The notes under the pieces are model-generated. The model worked only from the letters and a program-made list of their open reading frames with translations. It was not told where the DNA came from and did no database searches. Positions 55,658-64,000 of a DNA stretch of 64,000 nucleotides are shown here, in pieces (position 1 is the stretch's first letter; the number at the start of each line of letters is the position of its first letter). The position numbers were made by a program, and so were the translations under genes. The DNA is taken from positions 125,085-189,084 of the forward strand of contig DASTGN010000006.1 in NCBI GenBank assembly GCA_035719105.1, written 5' to 3'. Source of the stretch: Bacteroidales bacterium (GTDB lineage Bacteria; Bacteroidota; Bacteroidia; Bacteroidales; UBA1402).

Positions 55658-56893
55658 ATGATTGACGTAGGACTAACTACTTTTATGATTCTGGCAACCA
55701 GCTTAGTAATGCTGATGACGCCGGGTCTGGCCTTTTTTTACGGCGGTTTGGGATGCAAAAAGAATATCCTGAGCATCATGATGCAAAGTTTTGTTTCCAT
55801 GGGAATAAGTACCGTGCTTTGGTTTGCATTCGGATATTCGGTCTGTTTTAGTGGTAACATGGCTTCTCATACCGACTTTTTCGGTATTATCGGGAACTTT
55901 GACAAAGCATTCTACCACGGTATTACACCATCTACTTTGTATTCAGCGGATAAACCCTTTCCGGAATATATTTTCATCGCCTACCAGATGATGTTTGCCA
56001 TCATCACTCCGGCACTGATTACAGGCGCCTTCATCAACCGTGTATCGTTCAAAGCCTACGTCTTTTTCTTGATTTTGTGGCAAATTTTGGTGTATTATCC
56101 CTTTGTGCACATGATTTGGGGTGGTGGATTGTTAGCCAATTGGGGCGTATTCGATTTTGCTGGGGGAATCACCGTGCACACAACAGCTGGTTTTGCAGCG
56201 CTTGCATCGGTTTATTTTGTCGGAAAGCGTCAACACAATAAAACGGATCCCAACAACATTCCTTTGGTGGCCATCGGTACGGCCTTGCTTTGGTTCGGTT
56301 GGTACGGTTTCAACGCAGGTAGTGAACTGGCAGTCAACTCCATCACTGTTTCTGCATTTTTGAATACCGACACGTCAGCCTCCTTTGCGGCGGTGACTTG
56401 GTTGCTGATTGAATGGAATACTGGTAAAAAGAAGCCAACGTTCATCGGTTTGATGACGGGAGCAGTGGCTGGTCTGGCTACTATTACGCCGGCAGCGGGC
56501 TATGTAGACATTTATTCATCGGCCATCATCGGTGTCATTGCCGCCGTGGGTTGCTTTTTTGCAGTAAAATTCAAGGAAAAAAGAGGTTGGGACGATGCGC
56601 TCGATGTTTGGGGCATTCACGGAATGGGAGGCGTCATCGGAACCCTGTGTCTGGGTTTGTTTGCGCACAGCACCATCAATGCAGTGATTCCGAACGGCTT
56701 ATTTTTTGGGGGAGGTTTGGGGCTTTTGTTCAAAGAAGTCGTGGCCATTTTGTTGGCAGTAGGCGTAGGCTTTTTCTTCACGCTGTTATTGTTCCGTGCC
56801 ATCAATAAGTTCATCCCGGTTCGGGTATCCAATGTAGAACAACGGGTCGGTTTGGATATTTTACATCACGGTGAAGTTGCTCGACAAGAGTAA
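55658..56893 (+). CDS. amt: Ammonium transporter (Amt family)
   Basis: It has LVMLMTPGLAFFYGG, DFAGGITVHTTAG, WFGWYGFNAGS and DVWGIHGMGGVIG. Confidence 0.93.
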   Translation: MIDVGLTTFMILATSLVMLMTPGLAFFYGGLGCKKNILSIMMQSFVSMGISTVLWFAFGYSVCFSGNMASHTDFFGIIGNFDKAFYHGITPSTLYSADKPFPEYIFIAYQMMFAIITPALITGAFINRVSFKAYVFFLILWQILVYYPFVHMIWGGGLLANWGVFDFAGGITVHTTAGFAALASVYFVGKRQHNKTDPNNIPLVAIGTALLWFGWYGFNAGSELAVNSITVSAFLNTDTSASFAAVTWLLIEWNTGKKKPTFIGLMTGAVAGLATITPAAGYVDIYSSAIIGVIAAVGCFFAVKFKEKRGWDDALDVWGIHGMGGVIGTLCLGLFAHSTINAVIPNGLFFGGGLGLLFKEVVAILLAVGVGFFFTLLLFRAINKFIPVRVSNVEQRVGLDILHHGEVARQE

Positions 56894-56910
56894 CTTTACA
56901 TGCATCAACA

Positions 56911-58026
56911 CTAATATTTCAGTTGGATTTCTACCAACTCGGATTGAGTGCCGATACGGTACAATGGCCCCCAAATGCCGAGTCCGGAAGACACATAAAA
57001 ATGGGTTTTACCTTTTTTGAGATAACCGTGTCCCAATTCGAATATTTTGGCGACAAAAAGGTTGCCAGGGAAGAATTGACCGTTGTGGGTATGTCCTGAA
57101 ATTTGCAAGTCGATTCCGTTGTTGCAGGCCTGTTCGAGCGCATACGGTTGATGATCAAGCAAGATCTTGGGCAGTTCGGGTTTCAACCCTTTGATCAACG
57201 CTTCTAAGGGTTGGCGGTTGGGATTTGTTCGATCGTCCCGACCAATGAGATAAAAGCTGTGATCCACCAATGCAACCGAATCGTGCAACATTCTGATGCC
57301 GGCTGCACGCAGGTATTCATTGATTTCTTCAGGAACCCCCGAGTAATATTCGTGGTTTCCACTGATGGCAAAAACACCCAGCGGAGCATGCAATTGGCTG
57401 AGTTCTTGTTCCATTTTCTGTTCCATGACCGGGCCGAAAGAGCGATCGGTGATGTCTCCCACGAGCATGATAATATCTGGTTTCCGTGCATTGATCATCT
57501 GCACGTAGCGGTGCAGCATTTTTTTGTCAATGCTGGTTCCCAAATGGATGTCACTGGCTGCTACAATCTTAATTTCCTTGTGCTGAATCGGGTTCTCGAC
57601 GGTCAAATCCAATTGAACCAATGCCGGGTGGTTGAACCGATAGTTCCCGATAATCAGGACGATAGCGATGACCACTAGGCTGATGACAGCCGTCCACTGC
57701 CGGACATCATACATTCCTGCCGGGGCAAAATGGATGAATCGGTTTATTAAGCCTACCAGGTCGATCACCAAAAAGGACAGAGCCATGTAGATGACCGCCA
57801 ATAAAAAGGTGTAAGTGGTGAACGTTAGTATTTTAGCAAACGGAAGGCCGAGGTTTTGTTCAAAATAAAGCCCGGCAAAAAGAGCCAAAAAAAGGAGGAT
57901 GTAACCGACACCAAAAACCCATCGAATGATCGGTTTGGCCGGTAATAGGTGCATACCTTTGAAAAAAACAAGCGCAAACAACCCGAGGATGATTGCGAAT
58001 ATGACAATAAAAAAGGAAAGTTTCAT
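56911..58026 (-). CDS. Membrane-anchored metallophosphoesterase (YkuE-like)
   Basis: Four N-terminal TM segments are followed by calcineurin-like motifs: ASDIHLG, LVGDITD, GNHEY, and SGHTHNGQ. Confidence 0.85.
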   Translation of the reverse strand: MKLSFFIVIFAIILGLFALVFFKGMHLLPAKPIIRWVFGVGYILLFLALFAGLYFEQNLGLPFAKILTFTTYTFLLAVIYMALSFLVIDLVGLINRFIHFAPAGMYDVRQWTAVISLVVIAIVLIIGNYRFNHPALVQLDLTVENPIQHKEIKIVAASDIHLGTSIDKKMLHRYVQMINARKPDIIMLVGDITDRSFGPVMEQKMEQELSQLHAPLGVFAISGNHEYYSGVPEEINEYLRAAGIRMLHDSVALVDHSFYLIGRDDRTNPNRQPLEALIKGLKPELPKILLDHQPYALEQACNNGIDLQISGHTHNGQFFPGNLFVAKIFELGHGYLKKGKTHFYVSSGLGIWGPLYRIGTQSELVEIQLKY

Positions 58027-58088
58027 ATACCTTAGGAATTAGACCCTAAAAGTACAGAAACTTTCCTGGATGTTTGTTAGGTTGGTAA

Positions 58089-59312
58089 TTAAGACAGCTT
58101 TTTGTCTAAATTAACTTTGAGTGCCTGAAGAAATTCCTGGGTGCTCAGGTAATTCGAGCGATCCAGTTTGTCACCGTAAATCATGACCGCCAAATCTTTG
58201 GTCATTTTGCCTTCTTCCACCGTTTCCACACAAACTTGTTCCAGTTTTTGGCAGAAATCGATGAGTTCGGCATTGCCGTCCAGTTTGCCACGGTGTTCCA
58301 AGCCTCGGGTCCAAGCAAAGATAGAAGCTATGGGATTGGTGGAGGTCTCCTTGCCTTGCTGATGTTGACGGAAGTGACGAGTCACCGTTCCATGAGCGGC
58401 TTCGGCTTCCACCGTTTTACCGTCTGGGGTGACCAGAACGGAGGACATCAGACCGAGTGAACCGAAGCCTTGTGCTACGGTATCCGACTGAACGTCACCG
58501 TCGTAGTTCTTGCATGCCCAGACAAAGCCGCCTTCCCACTTCAAAGCGGAAGCGACCATGTCGTCGATGAGCCGGTGCTCGTAAGTGATTCCGGCTGCTT
58601 TAAAGGCCTCTTTGAACTCAGCCTCGTACACTTCGGCAAATATATCCTTGAAGCGGCCATCGTAAGCCTTCAGGATGGTATTTTTAGTCGAGAGGTAGAG
58701 CGGCCATTTTTTATCGAGTGCCACTTGGAAGGAACTTCTGGCGAAACCGAAAATGGAATCGTCGGTGTTGTACATGCACATTGCCACGCCATCGCCTTCG
58801 AAGTCGTAAACATCCCAACTTTGCACTTCACCCGCTTCGTTGGTGAAACTCATGCGAAGGGTACCCTTGCCTTTGATCACTTTATCGGTGGCCTTGTACT
58901 GATCGCCAAAGGCATGACGGCCAATGACGATGGGTTTGGTCCAAGTGGTTACGTATCGGGGAATGTTTTTGCAAAGGATGGGTTCACGAAAAACGGTTCC
59001 GCCAATAATGTTACGAAGGGTTCCGTTGGGTGATTTCCACATCTTCTTCAAACCGAATTCTTCGACTCGAGCCTCGTCCGGTGTGATGGTGGCGCACTTG
59101 ATGCCAACATGGTACTTTTTGATGGCATTGGCTGCATCGATGGTCACCTGATCGTTGGTTTGATCACGATATTCGATTCCCAGGTCATAATATTTGATGT
59201 CCAGATCGAGGTATGGAAGGATGAGTTGTTCTTTAATGAATGCCCAGATAATTCTGGTCATTTCGTCCCCATCCAATTCTACAATGGGGTTGGCTACTTT
59301 TATTTTTGACAT
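58089..59312 (-). CDS. icd: NADP-dependent isocitrate dehydrogenase (eukaryotic-like homodimeric type)
   Basis: It begins [23 protein letters not shown] and carries [19 protein letters not shown] and [10 protein letters not shown] prefer the ATG at 59312 because the longer ORF overlaps gltA. Confidence 0.93.
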   Translation of the reverse strand: MSKIKVANPIVELDGDEMTRIIWAFIKEQLILPYLDLDIKYYDLGIEYRDQTNDQVTIDAANAIKKYHVGIKCATITPDEARVEEFGLKKMWKSPNGTLRNIIGGTVFREPILCKNIPRYVTTWTKPIVIGRHAFGDQYKATDKVIKGKGTLRMSFTNEAGEVQSWDVYDFEGDGVAMCMYNTDDSIFGFARSSFQVALDKKWPLYLSTKNTILKAYDGRFKDIFAEVYEAEFKEAFKAAGITYEHRLIDDMVASALKWEGGFVWACKNYDGDVQSDTVAQGFGSLGLMSSVLVTPDGKTVEAEAAHGTVTRHFRQHQQGKETSTNPIASIFAWTRGLEHRGKLDGNAELIDFCQKLEQVCVETVEEGKMTKDLAVMIYGDKLDRSNYLSTQEFLQALKVNLDKKLS

Positions 59313-59313
59313 T

Positions 59314-60669
59314 TCAACGGTTTTTGAGGGGGATAAATTCTTGTTTATCACCTACATTCTTATAAGCAGGACGGATGATGCGTTTGCCAGTGAAGTTCAA
59401 TTCTTCGATGCGGTGGGCACACCAGCCGACGATGCGGGACATGGCGAACAACGGAGTGTACACTTCTTCTGGCAAGCCGATGGCGTCGTAAACGAATCCG
59501 GAGTAGAAATCCACATTGGCGCAAACTTGTTTGTTGATGTCGGAGCCTTTGAATCCCATGAAACACTTGATGGCTCGTTCTTCGACCAGTTCCATAAAGG
59601 CCAGTTCCTTTTCTAGGTTTTTTTCCTTGGCAAGCACTTGGGCGAGCTCCTTCAATAGAATGGCGCGGGGGTCGGAAATCGTATAAACGGCGTGACCGAT
59701 ACCATAGATGAGGCCGGATTTATTGTAGGCGTCCTTATTGAGCATTTTGTTCAAATAGGCATCGATTTCCTTGGTGTTCTTCCAATCTTTGATAGCAACC
59801 TTCAAGTGGTCGAACATGGCTTTAACCTGAATGTTGGCTCCTCCGTGAAGTGGCCCTTTCAGCGAGCCAATACCAGCTGCGATGGACGAATACGTGTCGG
59901 TGTGTGAGGAACTGGTTACTCGAACCGTGAAGGTTGAGTTGTTACCACCACCGTGTTCGGCATGCAAAATCAACATCAAATCCAAAATCTTGATTTCCAA
60001 ATCGGTATAACCATTTGGTCCTTTCATCATGAACAAGAAATTTTCGGCAATGGACATACCTTCGTTCGGATGGCGAATGTGCAAAGAACGCCCTTGTTGA
60101 CTGTGTCTCAGGATGTTGTAGGCGTATGCAATGATGGTTGGGAATTTGGCGATCAAATCGACGGACTGGCGCATCAGATTTTCACGGGTGATGCTGTCTG
60201 GATTTGGATCGAAGGTGTACATTTCCAAAACGCTGCGTGACAGGATGTTCATGATGTTGGAACCTTCCAGATCCAAAATGTTCATCGTCGCCTTGTGTTC
60301 CAGCGGCATGTATTTGTACAAAATTTCGTGGAATATTTTCAGTTCCTCTGAATCGGGCAGAGAACCCGACAGCAAGAGGTAACAGGTTTCTTCGAATCCC
60401 AGTCGATCTTCCCCTTGAATGCCATGGACTAAATCGACCACGTCGATGCCCCGGTAAATCAGTTTGCCGGGAATGGCAATGAGCTTGCCTTCCGCATCTT
60501 TTTCGTAACCAACTACGTCGCCGATTTTACTCAGGCCAACCAGCACACCGGTATGATCCTCGTTGCGTAATCCTCTTTTTACACCGAATTTGGTGAACAA
60601 TTCCTTGTCAATACGAGCGGTTGACTTAATTGTTTCTGACAATTTGAAAATCATGTAATCGTTTTGCAT
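59314..60669 (-). CDS. gltA: Citrate synthase
   Basis: It has [30 protein letters not shown] and NVDFYSG. Confidence 0.93.
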   Translation of the reverse strand: MQNDYMIFKLSETIKSTARIDKELFTKFGVKRGLRNEDHTGVLVGLSKIGDVVGYEKDAEGKLIAIPGKLIYRGIDVVDLVHGIQGEDRLGFEETCYLLLSGSLPDSEELKIFHEILYKYMPLEHKATMNILDLEGSNIMNILSRSVLEMYTFDPNPDSITRENLMRQSVDLIAKFPTIIAYAYNILRHSQQGRSLHIRHPNEGMSIAENFLFMMKGPNGYTDLEIKILDLMLILHAEHGGGNNSTFTVRVTSSSHTDTYSSIAAGIGSLKGPLHGGANIQVKAMFDHLKVAIKDWKNTKEIDAYLNKMLNKDAYNKSGLIYGIGHAVYTISDPRAILLKELAQVLAKEKNLEKELAFMELVEERAIKCFMGFKGSDINKQVCANVDFYSGFVYDAIGLPEEVYTPLFAMSRIVGWCAHRIEELNFTGKRIIRPAYKNVGDKQEFIPLKNR

Positions 60670-60762
60670 AATAATACAGTATTTAACGTTCCTATTCTAT
60701 ACAGTTGTTTTTCGTGACTCGGCATAGTCGAAGCAAGCTTCGCCTCTTCACTTGCTACTCAA

Positions 60763-63009
60763 TCATTCTAAAGCATTGAGTGCGCTGCCCGACTTGAACC
60801 ATCCGATTTGTTGGCTGTTGTAGGTATGGTTTACAGCGAAGTTTTCGCTGGTTCCGTCACTGTGAAGTAGTTGAACCGTAAGTGTTTGGCCTGGCGCAAA
60901 GTTCGTCAATCCGAGTATTTCCAAGCTGTCGTCCTCGCGCACTTTGGTGTAATCGTTTTTATCTACAAAAGTCAAAGCCAACATGCCTTGTTTCTTTAAA
61001 TTCGTTTCGTGGATGCGGGCAAATGATTTGACCAAAACCGCCTTCACATTCAGGAAGCGGGGTTCCATGGCCGCGTGTTCGCGGGAGGAACCTTCACCGT
61101 AGTTTTCTTCGGCTACCACCACACTGCCTCTACCGGCAGCCTTGTAGGCTCTTGCCAATTTTGAAACGGTCGTGTAGGAGCCATCAGCCGGGTTCAACAC
61201 GGTGTTGGTTTTGCCGTTGAAAGCGTTGAGCGCACCCATCAGCAGGTTGTCGGAAATGTTGTCAAGGTGCCCACGGAATCGCAACCAGGGACCCGCCATC
61301 GAAATGTGGTCGGTGGTGCATTTGCCTTCGGCTTTGATGAGCAGTCCCAGATTTTTGAAATCGTGACCATCCCAGGGCGTAAAGGGTTTTAACTCTTGCA
61401 AACGCTTGGAACCTGGGTCGATGTTAACCTTAACGTCACTGTCTTCGGTCGGTGCCAGATAGCCGGCATCTTTGACTTCAAAACCTAATGGCGGAAGCTC
61501 ATAACCAGCAGGTTCTTCTAATTTCACCCGTTCTCCCTGGTCGTTGGTCAGCATATCCGTTAATGGATTGAAACTGAGTTCGCCTGCGATGCTGAGGGCG
61601 GCTACGATTTCGGGAGAGGCAATAAAGGTATGGGTATTCGGATTGCCATCGTTGCGCTTGGCAAAATTTCGGTTGAAGGACGTGACGATGGAATTCGGGC
61701 GTTCAGGATCGTCGGTTTCCCGCTTCCATTGTCCGATGCAAGGGCCGCAAGCATTGGCCATGATGACGGCACCGGCCGATTCGAACGCTTTCAGCAAGCC
61801 ATCGCGTTCAGCCGTGTAACGAACCTGTTCGGAACCCGGATTGATGATGAATTGAGCTTTCGCCTGAAGTCCTGACTTTTGTGCGGCATCCACGATGGCG
61901 GCTGCACGGGAAAGGTCTTCGTAGGAGGAATTGGTGCAAGATCCGATGAGGCCGGCTTCCATTTTCTGTGGATAACCTTTTTCTTTTACGGTTTGAGCAA
62001 ACTCCGATAAAGGAGCAGCTGCGTCTGGAGTGAATGGTCCGTTGATATAGGGTTCCAACGTGGAGAGATCGATTTCAATGACTCTGTCGTAATACGAAGT
62101 CGGGTCTAAGGCCACTTCAGGATCGGCCTGTAAATGATTGCTAACTGCTGAAGCGGCTTCCGCAATGCTCTGACGGCCGGTAGCTTCCAAATAGGCTATC
62201 GATTTGGCGTCGAAGGGAAAAATGGAGGTCGTCGCGCCCACTTCGGCACCCATGTTGCAAATGGTGCCTTTTCCGGTGGCCGAAAGTGAGGTCGTGCCTT
62301 CGCCGAAATACTCAATGACTGCGTTCGTACCGCCTTTTACGGTGAGAATGCCTGCCAGTTTCAAGATGACATCTTTAGGAGAAGTCCATCCGTTAAGCTG
62401 ACCGGTCAATTTGACACCGATGATTTTCGGCATTTTCAATTCCCAGGGCATTCCAGCCATGACGTCTACAGCATCGGCGCCACCCACTCCAATGGCAATC
62501 ATGCCAAGTCCGCCTGCATTGGGCGTATGCGAGTCGGTTCCAATCATCATTCCACCCGGAAATGCATAATTTTCGTATACGACCTGATGAATAATACCTG
62601 CACCTGGTTTCCAATAACCGATGCCAAATTTGTCCGAAACGGCTTTCAGGAAATCATAAACCTCCTTGTTGGTCTCGTTAGCGTTGGTCAAATCGGTTTG
62701 AGAACCGAGATGCGCCTGAATTAAATGGTCGCAATGAACCGTGGAAGGCACCGCTACTTTTTTCCTTCCGGAATTCATCAACTGAAGCAAAGCCATTTGA
62801 GCTGTTGCATCTTGCATGGCAACGCGATCGGGATTGAAATTGACATAATCACTGCCTCGAACGAATTCTTTTTCAAGAGGTTGCGAAAGGTGGGCATAGA
62901 GAATCTTTTCCGTCAGCGTCAGTGGACGGTTTAATATTTTTTTCACATTGTTCATCTTTTCCGGCAAAGCGGCATAGAGAACTTTCATCATTTTTTCGTC
63001 AAGAACCAT
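60763..63009 (-). CDS. acnA: Aconitate hydratase (mitochondrial-type, ~750 aa)
   Basis: It has [24 protein letters not shown], and Fe-S ligands ([17 protein letters not shown]). The swivel domain carries [10 protein letters not shown]. Confidence 0.95.
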   Translation of the reverse strand: MVLDEKMMKVLYAALPEKMNNVKKILNRPLTLTEKILYAHLSQPLEKEFVRGSDYVNFNPDRVAMQDATAQMALLQLMNSGRKKVAVPSTVHCDHLIQAHLGSQTDLTNANETNKEVYDFLKAVSDKFGIGYWKPGAGIIHQVVYENYAFPGGMMIGTDSHTPNAGGLGMIAIGVGGADAVDVMAGMPWELKMPKIIGVKLTGQLNGWTSPKDVILKLAGILTVKGGTNAVIEYFGEGTTSLSATGKGTICNMGAEVGATTSIFPFDAKSIAYLEATGRQSIAEAASAVSNHLQADPEVALDPTSYYDRVIEIDLSTLEPYINGPFTPDAAAPLSEFAQTVKEKGYPQKMEAGLIGSCTNSSYEDLSRAAAIVDAAQKSGLQAKAQFIINPGSEQVRYTAERDGLLKAFESAGAVIMANACGPCIGQWKRETDDPERPNSIVTSFNRNFAKRNDGNPNTHTFIASPEIVAALSIAGELSFNPLTDMLTNDQGERVKLEEPAGYELPPLGFEVKDAGYLAPTEDSDVKVNIDPGSKRLQELKPFTPWDGHDFKNLGLLIKAEGKCTTDHISMAGPWLRFRGHLDNISDNLLMGALNAFNGKTNTVLNPADGSYTTVSKLARAYKAAGRGSVVVAEENYGEGSSREHAAMEPRFLNVKAVLVKSFARIHETNLKKQGMLALTFVDKNDYTKVREDDSLEILGLTNFAPGQTLTVQLLHSDGTSENFAVNHTYNSQQIGWFKSGSALNALE

Positions 63010-63086
63010 GGTCGTAAAGGGTCGTAGGTTGATAAATTTTTTGGCAATATATGTAAATTAATCCATTTATAACGCATATTCCTCCA

Positions 63087-63101
63087 ATAGATTTAATCTA
63101 T
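63087..63101. promoter_or_regulatory. Inverted repeat in the acn / DUF2264 divergent intergenic region
   Basis: atagatt-t-aatctat has perfect 7-bp arms. Its core atttaatcta(ta)gggc recurs as a direct repeat at 63173-63186. Confidence 0.3.
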
Positions 63102-63284
63102 AGGGCGATATTTGGCCTTTTTTGAGCATTTTAACAGGTTTATAGTGTATAATTATGCATAATGAGCTAAAAATTTAATCTAGGGCCTTTAAACACAACT
63201 TACCGAGTGATTGTTGGTTGAATCAGCCCCGAATGCTTATTTTTGTGTAACCTGTAAATCGAATTTAAAAAAAGTAAATATAGC

Positions 63285-64000
63285 ATGATACGATCAAAAT
63301 TGGTTTGTTTTCTACTGTTAATAATTGCTACTATTACATTCTTTCCTCAAACAGTCCTTTCGGCCAAGAAAAAAACGATTATAACCGAGCAGTCGGATCG
63401 GGAATATTGGACAGCGCTCGCATATAAGATGGCTGTTCCCATTTTATCCAACATGAGTCGGGGTACCCTGCAGAAAAACATGGTGGTGGAACAGAGCCCA
63501 GCTTGGGACGGCCGCAACAAAAAAGTCTGTTACATGGAAGCATTTGGTAGACTGATGGCCGGCTTGGCACCTTGGCTGACTTTGCCAGATGACAACACGA
63601 GGAAGGCTTGCAACGCAAACAACTGCACGAGTGGGCACTCAAAAGTTATGTGAATGCCGTGGACCCTGCCAGTCCCGATTATTTATTATGGAAAGGGGAG
63701 GGCCAGGCGCTCGTTGATGCAGCATACATCGCCAACAGCTTCATTCGTGCTCCCAAGCAGCTTTGGGAACCATTGGATAGTTTGACCAAGCAACGCTACA
63801 TCGAATGCTTCAAGGGGTTGCGAAGTGTCAACCCGCCGTATTCCAATTGGTTGTTGTTTTCGGGTATGGTGGAAATTCAGCTGTTGAAAGCTGGTGCAGA
63901 ATACGACCGATTCCGTATTGTTTTGTGATTCAACCCATGATGTGGGAGGAATTGGCCGTTTTGAAAGATTGCAAAATAACCAGCAGGGGCACAGCCACAT
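63285..64000 (+). pseudogene. DUF2264-like protein gene, apparently frameshifted, running off the window
   Basis: ORF 63285-63653 (signal peptide, then ...EAFGRLMAGLAPWLTLPDDN) continues in sense in the +2 frame from ~63593 (EEGLQRKQLHEWALKSYVNAVDPASPDYLLW...NWLLFSGMVE). That frame stops at 63928, and the sequence continues to the window edge in another frame. Confidence 0.5.

Noticed and set aside
1-64000. CRISPR arrays, rRNA genes, transposases or integrases, and prophage genes.
   Set aside because: A visual scan of the intergenic regions showed no regularly spaced direct repeats of 25-40 nt. No ORF in the track has recombinase, transposase (DDE) or phage structural motifs.

Overview
This 64-kb window looks like chromosomal DNA from a Bacteroidota genome. 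Evidence is four proteins ending in T9SS-type C-terminal sorting domains, TAnnTTTG promoter boxes about 20-30 nt upstream of several starts, and several glycoside hydrolases. I found no rRNA, CRISPR array, transposase or integrase. Most genes are housekeeping: purB, an rluB-like gene, asnS, rnz, prfC, rfbD, mpl, hemW, purL, amt, and an acn-gltA-icd TCA operon. Accessory or unusual regions, in order: (1) 1-7556, a T9SS-secreted beta-glucan locus with GH2, a beta-helix protein carrying two copies of an unassigned module, and two GH16 genes. (2) 7687-8956, an AbiEi/AbiEii toxin-antitoxin pair next to two tandem tRNA-Val(TAC) genes. (3) 15456-18828, two tandem paralogous trypsin-like serine proteases whose C-termini look like outer-membrane beta-barrels. 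(4) 18918-24295, a marR-tolC-hlyD operon with two ABC-2 permeases and no ATPase. (5) 25307-33462, a tightly coupled operon joining a TonB-dependent receptor and an AmpG-like MFS permease to hemN-hemY-hemH, behind a LuxR-type regulator. (6) 35850-37742, an orphan Rhs toxin tip with a lipoprotein immunity candidate, bracketed by 33-bp direct repeats and showing a mosaic GC profile. My best candidates for undescribed biology are the receptor/permease plus terminal-heme operon (possible tetrapyrrole import-and-finish route), the protease-barrel pair, and the Rhs cassette. All functional calls come from reading motifs by eye. No database search was run.
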